From NCBI GenBank assembly GCA_965120435.1, contig CBCPNE010000107.1:1-28290 (forward strand): a DNA stretch of 28,290 nucleotides, in the 5' to 3' direction. The notes beneath the pieces were generated by a model. It had not been told where the DNA came from. It did not search any database and saw only the letters and a program-made list of their open reading frames with translations. Positions within the stretch are counted from its first letter, which is position 1. Each line of letters opens with the position of its first letter. This document shows positions 9,639 to 17,851 of this stretch, piece by piece. Made by a program: the position numbers and the translations under genes. The stretch comes from an uncultured Clostridia bacterium (GTDB lineage Bacteria > Bacillota > Clostridia > Christensenellales > Borkfalkiaceae).

Positions 9639-11921
9639 TCAATTTATTATCGTGAGCGGGGCGATAGCGGCCGAAAGCTCCTTTATGCCCTGCCCGTCGA
9701 ACGCCACGTTGATGACCGCTCCGCCGTTGCGTATCGCCACCACCGTTCCGTTGCCGAACTTTGCGTGGCGCACCTTCATACCCACTGCGTAACCTGACGC
9801 CGGCCTGACGTTTTTTGCCGCGGAGGCAAACGCCTGTGAATATGATTTGGCGGGGCTTGCAGAGGACGCCTTTTCCGCCTCCGCATAGCCTTCGTCTGAA
9901 GTGTACAGCGAACGCGAATAGTCGCTTTTGCGGTCCTCCTCATATCTGTTGCCGCGCGGCCTGAAATCTCCGTAGCGCCTGTAGGTATAGTCTCCGCCGT
10001 AGCGGTTGCCCGCGTAGACGGGCGTATCCTTTATGCCGAGACGGTCGGACAGTTCCTTTAAAAAGCGGGAAGCGGCCGTTCTGTCCCTTCTGCCGTAGAG
10101 GTTACGCTCCTTTGCGCGCGTGAAGTACAGCCGCTCCTTTGCGCGCGTTATGGCCACATACATCAGCCTGCGCTCCTCCTCCAGCTCCCTGCCCTCCGAT
10201 TCCGCGCGGGAAGAGGGCATTATGCCGTCCTCCAGCCCTGCGATGAACACGGCGCGGAATTCCAGACCCTTTACAGAGTGAATTGTCGCAAGGGTGACGT
10301 AGTTGCTGTCGTCCATATCGTCCGTGTCTGAATACAGCGTAACCTGGCTCAGATAATCGCTGAGGGTAGCCTGGGGATTGAGGCGGGAAAAGTCGTCCAC
10401 CGAGGCGATATACTCGTCTATGTTGGCAAGGTCGTTTTCGTCCTCGCAGGATTCTTTAAGGCGGGAGGAAGTTATTACCTCGCGCACGAAGTTGTTTACA
10501 GGGCTGACCTGTGCGGATATTACAAGTTCCTTGATAAGGCTGCCGAACTCCCTGAGGCGGGACTTCATTCCCGCGTTTAAGGGAAGTTCTTCACTGTCTA
10601 TAACGGCGTCGTAGAGCGACAGCCCGTTTGCTTTGGCGTACTCCTCCATCACCTCCAGCGTTCTGCCGCCTATGCCGCGGCGGGGTACGTTTATTATTCT
10701 GGTGAGCGCCTCGTTGTCGTAGGGGTTGGCTATCAGGCGAAGGTAGGCGAGAACGTCCTTTATTTCCTTTCGCTCAAAGAACTTCAGGCCGCCGAACACC
10801 TTGTAGGGAATATTGTATTTGGAAAATTCCTGCTCGAACGAGCGCGTGAGCGCGTTTATGCGGATTAGGACGGCAAAGTCTGAATAACTGTAATCTCCGC
10901 CCGCCACGAGGTCGGTTATCGTGCGCGCGGCAAAGAGAGCTTCTGAAAGTTCGTCCTCGGCGGCAAAGTACTGCGGCTTTTCGCCCTCCCCCTCGTCCGT
11001 CCACAACGTCTTGCCGCGGCGGCCTGAGTTGTGCTTTATTATGTCGTTGGCAAGGCCGAGAATACTTCCCGTAGAGCGGTAATTGCGCTCCAGCTTATAG
11101 ACCTTTGCATCGGGAAAGTCGTCGTCAAACCTGAGAATATTTTCTATTTCCGCCCCGCGCCAGCCGTATATGGACTGGTCGTCGTCGCCCACGGCGAACA
11201 GATTGCCGTGTACGGACGTGAGCAGCTTTATAATGTCGTACTGAACGGCGTTGGTATCCTGGAATTCGTCCACGAGTACATACCTGAACCTTTCAGAGAG
11301 GTAGGTGCGCACCTCTTTGTCCCTGCGGAGAAGGCGCAGGGTGTACAGAAGCAGGTCGTCAAAGTCGAGCGCGTTGTTCTCTTTAAGGCGGGCTTCATAC
11401 CGTTCGTAGACGCGCATATAGTCGTCCATATGCAGTTCGTGCGCGTGCTTTCTGAGGTACTGGTCGGGGTCAAGGCCGAGCATCTTGGCGTTGCCTATGT
11501 GGAACCTGGCGTTCTTAAGCATCTTCTCGTCGTCAAAGTCGAGGTCTTTGAGGCACTTTTTTACTATGTTTTTGCGCTCGGTTTCACTGTATATGGAAAA
11601 GTCTGGCTTTATCCCTGCCTCCTGCGTGAACCTGCGCAGTATGCGCACGCACATCGAGTGAATGGTGCATATCCACATCTTTGAGCAGTCGTCGCACACC
11701 GCGCCCACGCGCTCCTTCATCTCCGCGGCGGCCTTGTTTGTAAAAGTTATGGCCAGAATCTCCCACGGGGAGGCCAGCCCCTGCCGCAGTATGTAGGCTA
11801 TGCGCGAGGTGAGAACGCGCGTCTTTCCGCTGCCCGCGCCGGCGAGCACCAGCACGGCGCCCTCCGTGTCGCAGACGGGTTTTATTTGTTCGGGGTTAAG
11901 TTTTTCAAGTATATCGTCCAT
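9639..11921 (-). CDS. pcrA: PcrA/UvrD superfamily 1A DNA helicase
   Basis: Begins MDDILEKLNPEQ. Motifs LAGAGSGKT, ITFTNKAA, VDEFQD, GDDDQSIYGWRGA, NYRST, TIHSVKGLEF, YVAITRA and C-terminal Tudor-like VRHAKFGNG. Has its own promoter immediately upstream. Confidence 0.95.
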   Translation of the reverse strand: MDDILEKLNPEQIKPVCDTEGAVLVLAGAGSGKTRVLTSRIAYILRQGLASPWEILAITFTNKAAAEMKERVGAVCDDCSKMWICTIHSMCVRILRRFTQEAGIKPDFSIYSETERKNIVKKCLKDLDFDDEKMLKNARFHIGNAKMLGLDPDQYLRKHAHELHMDDYMRVYERYEARLKENNALDFDDLLLYTLRLLRRDKEVRTYLSERFRYVLVDEFQDTNAVQYDIIKLLTSVHGNLFAVGDDDQSIYGWRGAEIENILRFDDDFPDAKVYKLERNYRSTGSILGLANDIIKHNSGRRGKTLWTDEGEGEKPQYFAAEDELSEALFAARTITDLVAGGDYSYSDFAVLIRINALTRSFEQEFSKYNIPYKVFGGLKFFERKEIKDVLAYLRLIANPYDNEALTRIINVPRRGIGGRTLEVMEEYAKANGLSLYDAVIDSEELPLNAGMKSRLREFGSLIKELVISAQVSPVNNFVREVITSSRLKESCEDENDLANIDEYIASVDDFSRLNPQATLSDYLSQVTLYSDTDDMDDSNYVTLATIHSVKGLEFRAVFIAGLEDGIMPSSRAESEGRELEEERRLMYVAITRAKERLYFTRAKERNLYGRRDRTAASRFLKELSDRLGIKDTPVYAGNRYGGDYTYRRYGDFRPRGNRYEEDRKSDYSRSLYTSDEGYAEAEKASSASPAKSYSQAFASAAKNVRPASGYAVGMKVRHAKFGNGTVVAIRNGGAVINVAFDGQGIKELSAAIAPLTIIN

Positions 11922-11928
11922 CCCGTCA

Positions 11929-11957
11929 ATTATAGCACAGCGCAGCACGAAAGACAA
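11929..11957 (-). promoter_or_regulatory. SigA-type promoter for leaderless pcrA
   Basis: TTGTCT-17-(TGc)TATAAT, then 7 nt, then ATG; no SD. Confidence 0.7.
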
Positions 11958-12064
11958 TTTTTTGAGGGCACAAAAGGCGGGACCGACAAATTTTGCATAT
12001 CGCCCGTCTTTCCGACGGCGTATCGCCGGCTGCGCCGCGCCCCGCGCAGGATTGCACAGAGTGA

Positions 12065-12090
12065 GGGCGCGGGGCTCTTGCCCCGCGCCC
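12065..12090. other. Perfect 11-bp GC hairpin inside the stop-free linker upstream of pcrA
   Basis: gggcgcggggc-tctt-gccccgcgccc; no clear U-tract. Confidence 0.7.
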
Positions 12091-12098
12091 ACGTCGCC

Positions 12099-12467
12099 GT
12101 ATTCCTTTTCCCGCCTGTACCGCTCAAGCGCGGCAAGATACTTTGCGGAAAGTTCCAGCGTGTACCGCTGTTTTTCTTCATAGCTCAGACCGTCGTAATA
12201 CTCTCTGTCCGTAAGCCGTCCGATGGCGTCTGAAACCTCGCCGTATTCGTCAAGCATTGCCTTGACTTTCAGGTAGAACGCGTCCGGCGTTTCGCCGCGG
12301 ATTTCGCGGTGAACCTTGCCGCCGAGATAACTTTTTACCTTATTTTCGTTGAGCCCCAAGTTTTTCGCCTGTATCTCTCCCTGCCGTAAATCTGTTCTGC
12401 AGTTTTCCCAGAAGTTATTTTTCAGCCGCTGTTTTGCCTGACGTGCAATGCTTTTGATTGTCTCCAT
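12099..12467 (-). CDS. Hypothetical helical protein (~123 aa) lacking its own stop codon; reads in frame into pcrA
   Basis: Strong SD AAAGGAG before ATG 12467. Protein-like composition up to ..RYRREKEY, then low-quality linker across a hairpin and the pcrA promoter. The 3' end given is inferred. Confidence 0.7.
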
Positions 12468-12508
12468 AATAACTCCTTTTCCGCCATAAAACGACTTTTT
12501 ATAAAATG

Positions 12509-12542
12509 AAAAAATCCGGCCGACATAATACCGTCAACCAGA
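12509..12542 (-). terminator. Intrinsic terminator after rpsU
   Basis: Minus strand tctggttgac/gtcggccgga (10 bp including G-U pairs), followed by T6. Confidence 0.65.
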
Positions 12543-12550
12543 CCTTTTAC

Positions 12551-12727
12551 TCAGTTTTTATTGCGTTTTCTTGCGGCCTCAGCCTTTTTGCGCCTCTTTA
12601 CGGAAGGGGATTCGTAATATTCCTTCTTCCTGAGGTCGCCGATTATTCCGTCGCGGGAGCACTTTCTTTTAAATCTTCTGATAGCGCTTTCAACGGATTC
12701 GTTTTCGCCAACCCGTATAGTGGACAT
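12551..12727 (-). CDS. rpsU: 30S ribosomal protein S21
   Basis: [23 protein letters not shown]...[22 protein letters not shown] (58 aa) with GGAGG SD. Confidence 0.95.
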   Translation of the reverse strand: MSTIRVGENESVESAIRRFKRKCSRDGIIGDLRKKEYYESPSVKRRKKAEAARKRNKN

Positions 12728-12794
12728 ACCTTTTACTACCCTCCTTCGCCTGCGCACTTATTTGCCTTACGCACATTTTGCGGAAAGCTTTACC

Positions 12795-12823
12795 ATTATA
12801 GCAGAGCCGTGACGGCCTGTCAA
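12795..12823 (-). promoter_or_regulatory. SigA promoter for rpsU
   Basis: TTGACA-17-(TGc)TATAAT. Confidence 0.85.
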
Positions 12824-12867
12824 ATATTTTTTTGCAGCTTTTTCCGTTATTTTAAGCGCCCAGCCTT

Positions 12868-13737
12868 TCAGGCGGCAAGCACGGCTATGCTGTTGATAAC
12901 TATGCCCGCGGCCACGCTCACCGCATATATCACGGCGAGGAGCGCGATGTTGCGCTTCAGCTTTTTGGTGTTCCTGAACAGAATTACAAAGCCCAGCCCC
13001 GCGTTTGCGCACAGTCCCGCCACGCAGCTGCCGAATGTTATAGCGTCATTTATATAGGCGGTGGCGGTTATCACGCTTGCGGCGCAGTTTGGTATCAGCC
13101 CGATGGCCGAAGTTATAAGCGGCTGGAAATACGGCCCGCCTATTATGAGGGAAGAGATTGCGTCCTCCCCGACAGAGCAGATGACGCAGCCGAGTACTAT
13201 GTTTACTATGAGTACGTAGAAAGTTATCTTGAGCGAGTGCAGAAGCGGGTCAAGAAAATAGACGTGAGCCTGACTCTTGCCGTCGTGTTCCCTGCCGCAG
13301 GAAAAGGCGTGTACGTCCCCGCCCGAAAGGGGAAGCCCTTCCGCCTCTTCATCCCGCACGAAGAGGTTTGCCCCGTAGCCAACGAGTACCGCCACTGCGA
13401 GCTTTATGACTATCAGCGGAACCACCTCTGAAGCCTTTGACATTTCAGACAGCAGAAGGATAAGGGCTTCGTCTGAAGTGGCGATGAACACGGCGAGCAG
13501 GGTGCCCGTGCGTATGAGCCCCCTGTCGTAAAGCTTTGCCGCCATAACGGAAAAACCGCACTGCGGTATGATTCCCGTCGCCGCGCCGATGAGCGGAGCG
13601 AAGTTGCCCTGAAGCCTTTCCCTGTCCTGTATGAACGACGTCTTGTGTTCAAGCAGTTCTATCAGTATATATATTATCAGGATAAACGGGAATATTTTAA
13701 GCGTGTCCAGAAACGCGTCTAAAATTGTATCCCACAT
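12868..13737 (-). CDS. Putative metal (Mn/heavy-metal) transporter, ArsP_2/DUF2899-like permease
   Basis: Multi-TM protein with IGAATGIIPQCGFSV, IATSDEA, the repeated GLIPNCAASV, and a central His/Cys-containing loop. Confidence 0.72.
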   Translation of the reverse strand: MWDTILDAFLDTLKIFPFILIIYILIELLEHKTSFIQDRERLQGNFAPLIGAATGIIPQCGFSVMAAKLYDRGLIRTGTLLAVFIATSDEALILLLSEMSKASEVVPLIVIKLAVAVLVGYGANLFVRDEEAEGLPLSGGDVHAFSCGREHDGKSQAHVYFLDPLLHSLKITFYVLIVNIVLGCVICSVGEDAISSLIIGGPYFQPLITSAIGLIPNCAASVITATAYINDAITFGSCVAGLCANAGLGFVILFRNTKKLKRNIALLAVIYAVSVAAGIVINSIAVLAA

Positions 13738-13801
13738 ATAAGTACAGTTAATTATTACCCGTCGCCCGCGCAGCTAAACGCAGGTTGCGGTTAAATTTTT
13801 A

Positions 13802-13823
13802 AACCCCCGCGTCCGCGGGGGTT
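13802..13823 (-). terminator. Hairpin, probable terminator downstream of the ABC ATPase gene
   Basis: aacccccgc/gcgggggtt stem with a short T-run on the minus strand. Confidence 0.55.
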
Positions 13824-13864
13824 GAACTATGCAGCAATGTTAAATTTGCCGCGCGGCGCACAGC

Positions 13865-15097
13865 TCAGCGGCGCTTTGCGGGCTTCTTTTCGGGAGGAGC
13901 GAACTTCTTTTCCGTCGCCTCCATTTCAGATTTGGTCAGAGGAACAAAGCCGGCCTCAGAATTCTTTTCATCGGGGATATAGCCGCCGTCCCTTTCAAGC
14001 AGGGTGAGCTGGGTTTCCGTATCGAATACGTACAGACGGGTAAGGTCGGGCTTTACGCGATGGACAGCTCCCTTTGCCGCGCTCTCGCAGAATATGGTGA
14101 GGCTTGCATTTTTGGATATGTCTATTTCAGCAAGGCCCTTGCCGTCTATGCTGTCCGCGCCGCAGACGGTGCCGGATATTACTCCCTCCGTCTCGCCGTC
14201 AACCAACTCTATATCTTCGGGGCGGACGCCTAAAATAACAGTCTTTTCCGTGCCGGCGTATTCGCCTATGTTCGTCCAGCGGGCGACAATATTCTGAGGT
14301 ATGGCAAGCTTTATTTCGTCGAACACGGCAAAGAACTGCCCTTCCTCTTCAACTACCTTTACGTTCTGAATGAGGTTCATCGTGGGGCTGCCCACAAAGA
14401 AGCCCACATATGCGTTTGCGGGGTAGTCGTACAGGTTGCGGGGCGTGTCCACCTGCTGAACGAAGCCGTCCTTGAGGACGACTATCCTCGTGGCGACGCT
14501 CATCGCCTCTGAGATGTGTTTGGTGGCGTAGATAAACGTACCCTTGACCCTTGACTGAAGGTTTACGAGTATGTTGCGCATATCGTCGCGCAGTTTGCCG
14601 TCAAGGCCTGCAAGAGGTTCGTCCAGAAGGTACAGCTTGGGCTCCCTGACTATCGCCCTGCCGTATGTAGTGAGCAGCCTCTGCCTGGCGGTGAGCGCCT
14701 TGGGCTTGCGGTAGAGTATATCCGTGAGGCCGAGCATTTCCGCAACCGCCTTTACGCGCTGGTCTGAAACCACCTGGGGGACTTTGCGCATCTTGAGGCC
14801 GAAAGCCAGATTTTCAGCCACGGTGAGCGCGGGATAGAGCGTATTGCTTGAAAAAACCATTGCGACGTCCCGCTCCTTGGGGTCTACCTCGTTTACGAGC
14901 TTGTCGCCTATATATATGTCGCCGGTAGTCTTTTCTTCAAGTCCTGCAATCACGCGGAGAAGCGTGGATTTGCCGCAGGAGGGACCGCCCGTGACGGCGA
15001 TAAATTCGCTGTCCGACGAACTGAAATTGACGTTGAAAAGCGCCATTTTACCAGAGGGGTACATCTTGCTTACCCCGGCAAGTTTAAGATTTGCCAT
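13865..15097 (-). CDS. MalK/MsmX-like sugar ABC ATPase subunit with degenerate catalytic motifs
   Basis: Walker A GGPSCGKST and Walker B LLDEP present, plus C-terminal TOBE/OB region (LGVRPEDI). Q-loop, signature and H-switch are altered. Start placed at ATG 15097 with GGAG SD. Confidence 0.85.
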   Translation of the reverse strand: MANLKLAGVSKMYPSGKMALFNVNFSSSDSEFIAVTGGPSCGKSTLLRVIAGLEEKTTGDIYIGDKLVNEVDPKERDVAMVFSSNTLYPALTVAENLAFGLKMRKVPQVVSDQRVKAVAEMLGLTDILYRKPKALTARQRLLTTYGRAIVREPKLYLLDEPLAGLDGKLRDDMRNILVNLQSRVKGTFIYATKHISEAMSVATRIVVLKDGFVQQVDTPRNLYDYPANAYVGFFVGSPTMNLIQNVKVVEEEGQFFAVFDEIKLAIPQNIVARWTNIGEYAGTEKTVILGVRPEDIELVDGETEGVISGTVCGADSIDGKGLAEIDISKNASLTIFCESAAKGAVHRVKPDLTRLYVFDTETQLTLLERDGGYIPDEKNSEAGFVPLTKSEMEATEKKFAPPEKKPAKRR

Positions 15098-15257
15098 ATA
15101 AAGCACTCCGTACTTTTGAAGTTTACCGCTATATAATAGCATAAACCGCAGTTTTTATCAATTAAAAAGAGGCTGTTTTTTTTGCAGGGCATAAAAATCG
15201 GGCAAAATCAATCGCCCCGCCAAAACGGAGCAATTTACGGCGGAGCCTTATTTGCGC

Positions 15258-15286
15258 TTGTATTTTGCGCCGCGGAGCGGTATAAT
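15258..15286 (+). promoter_or_regulatory. SigA-type promoter for leaderless queH
   Basis: TTGTAT-17-TATAAT, then 7 nt, then ATG 15294; no SD. Confidence 0.7.
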
Positions 15287-15293
15287 CGTGCAT

Positions 15294-15902
15294 ATGAACA
15301 GGCCTGACTATGACAAACTTATGCAATCCGTGATTGCGGCGCTGGACGGAAGGCGGGCAAAACTGCTTCTGCACAGCTGCTGCGCGCCCTGCTCCTCCGC
15401 CTGCCTTGAAAGACTGAAGGACAGCTTTGACATAACCGTGCTGTACTACAACCCAAACATCGGCGGGGAGGAATATCAAAGGCGCAAGGCCGAACAGATT
15501 CGCCTTTTACGGGAGACGGGCTGGGCGGAATTTATGGACTGCGACCACGACGAGAGGCAATTTTACACCATATGCGCGGGACTTGAAGCCGAGCGCGAGG
15601 GCGGCGCGAGGTGCCTGAAATGCTATGAGCTGCGCATAGGCCGCACCGCAAAGGAGGCCGAGGCGGGCGGCTTTGAATACTTCACCACCACCCTGACAAT
15701 AAGCCCGCTGAAGTCCGCCTCCGCAATAAACGCCATAGGGGAGCGGGCGGCCGCGGGCCTGAAAGCCGCGTGGCTGTACAGCGACTTCAAAAAGCGGGGC
15801 GGATACTTAAGAAGCTGCGAACTCTCGCGGGAACACTCCCTCTACCGCCAGAACTACTGCGGGTGCGAATATTCACGCAGGGACGGACGAGGGCAAAATT
15901 AA
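15294..15902 (+). CDS. queH: Epoxyqueuosine reductase QueH (DUF208)
   Basis: LLLHSCCAPCS, YYNPNI, ERE GGARC..CY, FTTTLTISPLK, DFKKRGGY, YRQNYCGC. Confidence 0.9.
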   Translation: MNRPDYDKLMQSVIAALDGRRAKLLLHSCCAPCSSACLERLKDSFDITVLYYNPNIGGEEYQRRKAEQIRLLRETGWAEFMDCDHDERQFYTICAGLEAEREGGARCLKCYELRIGRTAKEAEAGGFEYFTTTLTISPLKSASAINAIGERAAAGLKAAWLYSDFKKRGGYLRSCELSREHSLYRQNYCGCEYSRRDGRGQN

Positions 15903-15905
15903 CAG

Positions 15906-15934
15906 TTGAAAAATTGCGAGCAGTGTGATATATT
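15906..15934 (+). promoter_or_regulatory. SigA-type promoter for the transcarbamylase-like gene
   Basis: TTGAAA-17-(TGa)TATATT. Confidence 0.6.
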
Positions 15935-15988
15935 ATTTACAGAACACGGGCGGGCGCAACCTGACCCGACCGCAAGAGGAAGAAATTT

Positions 15989-16927
15989 ATGGATATTAAC
16001 CGCTATTCCCCGTCCTATATCCTGAACAAGAAACATCTTATAGGGCTTTCCGACTATTCCACAGAGGAAATTTTTGAAATATTATACGCAACAAAGGCAT
16101 TGAAGCGCAAATTTGAGGCGCACGAGGAGACGAAGATTCTGCACGGCACCGCCATCGCGCTTATGTTTGCAGACACCTCCCTGCGCACGCGCTCCGCGAT
16201 AGAGATAGGCGTGCAGCAGCTGGGAGGCAGCTGCGTTGACCTTCCGTACAGCTACAAGGATATGCAGGCCGGCGAAAATATAAAGGACGTGGTCAACGTC
16301 ATATCGCGCTACGGCGTGGGAGCGCTGATAACGCGCGGAATAGGCAAAAAGATGCTGAGGGAGTTTACGGCCTTATCCTCAATGCCCATATTAAATTCCA
16401 ACAACGATGACTGCGTGCCGATGCAGGCGCTTACAGACCTGTTCACCATATGGGAGAAAAAGGGCGAGCTTGCGGGCGTAAAGCTTGCAGTGCTGGGCAA
16501 GGGAACGAGCCTTGTTTCCTCTTTTGTGATAGGTGCGGTAAAGTGCGGAATGGAAGTATCCTGCGCGATGCCGCGCGGTTACGGACTCAAGCGCGAGAAC
16601 GTGGAATCCGCCGAACAGCTCGGCAAAATTTACTTCACAGACAACCCCGTAGAGGCCGTGCGCGACGCGGACATAGTATATACCTGCAGCTACAGCTATC
16701 ACACCGCCATAAGCGAGGAGGCGCGCCATACGCTTGCCCCCTATCAGGTGGACGCGGGGCTGATGTCTTACGCCAAACACAACGCGCTGTTTATGCACCC
16801 CCTGCCCGCCACGCGCGGAGTTGAGGTGACTGCGGACGTGATAGACGGCAAGCACAGCATAGTATATGACCAGGCGGAAAACAGACTGCACGCCATAAAG
16901 GCGATACTCACCCTGCTTGCGAAATAA
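15989..16927 (+). CDS. Ornithine carbamoyltransferase-fold protein with a degenerate active site
   Basis: Full-length OTCase framework (SLRTR, GENIKD, PYQVD, FMHPLPATRGVEV, DQAENRLHA), but HPxQ, GDGNN, YTDxW and SMG are altered. Confidence 0.85.
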   Translation: MDINRYSPSYILNKKHLIGLSDYSTEEIFEILYATKALKRKFEAHEETKILHGTAIALMFADTSLRTRSAIEIGVQQLGGSCVDLPYSYKDMQAGENIKDVVNVISRYGVGALITRGIGKKMLREFTALSSMPILNSNNDDCVPMQALTDLFTIWEKKGELAGVKLAVLGKGTSLVSSFVIGAVKCGMEVSCAMPRGYGLKRENVESAEQLGKIYFTDNPVEAVRDADIVYTCSYSYHTAISEEARHTLAPYQVDAGLMSYAKHNALFMHPLPATRGVEVTADVIDGKHSIVYDQAENRLHAIKAILTLLAK

Positions 16928-16956
16928 TCTGACGGCAGTAAAACTTTTTACAAAAT

Positions 16957-16984
16957 AAAAAAAGCGCCATACGGCGCTTTTTTT
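16957..16984. terminator. Bidirectional terminator
   Basis: A7-gcgcc-atac-ggcgc-T7 between convergent genes. Confidence 0.85.
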
Positions 16985-17006
16985 ATTTGCGTTTGGCGGC
17001 ATTTTT

Positions 17007-17681
17007 CTATTTACACACGCGCGCTACGGCGCGGTAAATCTTTCTGCCGTCGGCCATAAACTTTGCCTCGTGTTCCGTTATGACGTTGCCGTCAAACGGG
17101 TGCGCGGCGAGGTCGCGGCAGACCTCCGTTACCTCAAAGCCGGCCTCGGCATAACTTCTGAGCGAAAATTCAAAGAAGGGCAGGTTGTCCGTCTTTTGCC
17201 ATATCTCCCCTCCCGCTTCAAGCATATCCCTGTATATGGCCAGAAGGCGCGGGTGAGTAAGGCGCTGCGCCGAATAGCCCAGCTTGGGAAGTGGGTCGGA
17301 AAAGTTGAGGTATATGCGCGACGCCGAGCCGTCCCTTATGTACTTGGGCAGAACTTCTGCGGGACAGTTTATAAAGCGCAGGTTTTTAAGCCCTGCGGCC
17401 CTGGCGCTCTCGCAGGCGGTGACAATTACGTTGGACACCCTCTCCACCGCGATAAAATTTATGTCGGGGTGCAGCCTGGCCATACCCACAGCAAACGCCC
17501 CCTTGCCGCAGCCTATTTCAAGGTGAACGGGCGAGTTGTTGCCGAAGGACTTTTCAAAATCTATATAGTCCTTTATCTGCGCCGCCTTCTTCATATTCTT
17601 TTCAGAGAGGTCTGCCGCCGTCATTATGTCGGCGCAGGCCGATAGCCTCTCTTCCAGATTGTCCTTTCTGTGCATTCTCAT
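17007..17681 (-). CDS. trmB: tRNA (guanine-N7)-methyltransferase
   Basis: LEIGCGKG, NFIAVER, IYLNFSDP, KTDN, TEHE motifs. Start placed at ATG 17681 (MRMHRK). Confidence 0.92.
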   Translation of the reverse strand: MRMHRKDNLEERLSACADIMTAADLSEKNMKKAAQIKDYIDFEKSFGNNSPVHLEIGCGKGAFAVGMARLHPDINFIAVERVSNVIVTACESARAAGLKNLRFINCPAEVLPKYIRDGSASRIYLNFSDPLPKLGYSAQRLTHPRLLAIYRDMLEAGGEIWQKTDNLPFFEFSLRSYAEAGFEVTEVCRDLAAHPFDGNVITEHEAKFMADGRKIYRAVARVCK

Positions 17682-17688
17682 AAAAAAG

Positions 17689-17718
17689 AGTTTAACACAA
17701 ACCGCGCGGCGTTGGCAA
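17689..17718 (-). promoter_or_regulatory. SigA-type promoter for leaderless trmB
   Basis: TTGCCA-18-(TGt)TAAACT, then 7 nt, then ATG; no SD. Confidence 0.6.
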
Positions 17719-17758
17719 CTCAAAAGCCGCTCCGCGGAAAAACCTGTCAATACTTCTA

Positions 17759-17772
17759 TGTGAAATTTCACA
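17759..17772. promoter_or_regulatory. Perfect 14-bp palindrome, candidate operator
   Basis: TGTGAAATTTCACA in a divergent intergenic region; AAATTTCAC recurs 10 bp downstream. Confidence 0.4.
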
Positions 17773-17851
17773 AAATTTCACGCGGCTTTATTTTTGCAGA
17801 AATTGTTTTGCGCCGCGCACGGGGATTATAAGTAAGCGTCGGGTGAAAAAA

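Noticed and set aside
13755-13790. cccgcgcagctaaacgcagg resembles the 3' part of a c-di-AMP (ydaO) riboswitch
   Set aside because: It is on the strand opposite to the flanking genes, and the 5' conserved elements are missing.
13738-13864. Possible Mn-sensing yybP-ykoY riboswitch upstream of the putative metal transporter
   Set aside because: The conserved GGGAGUAGC-type core is not present on the minus strand.
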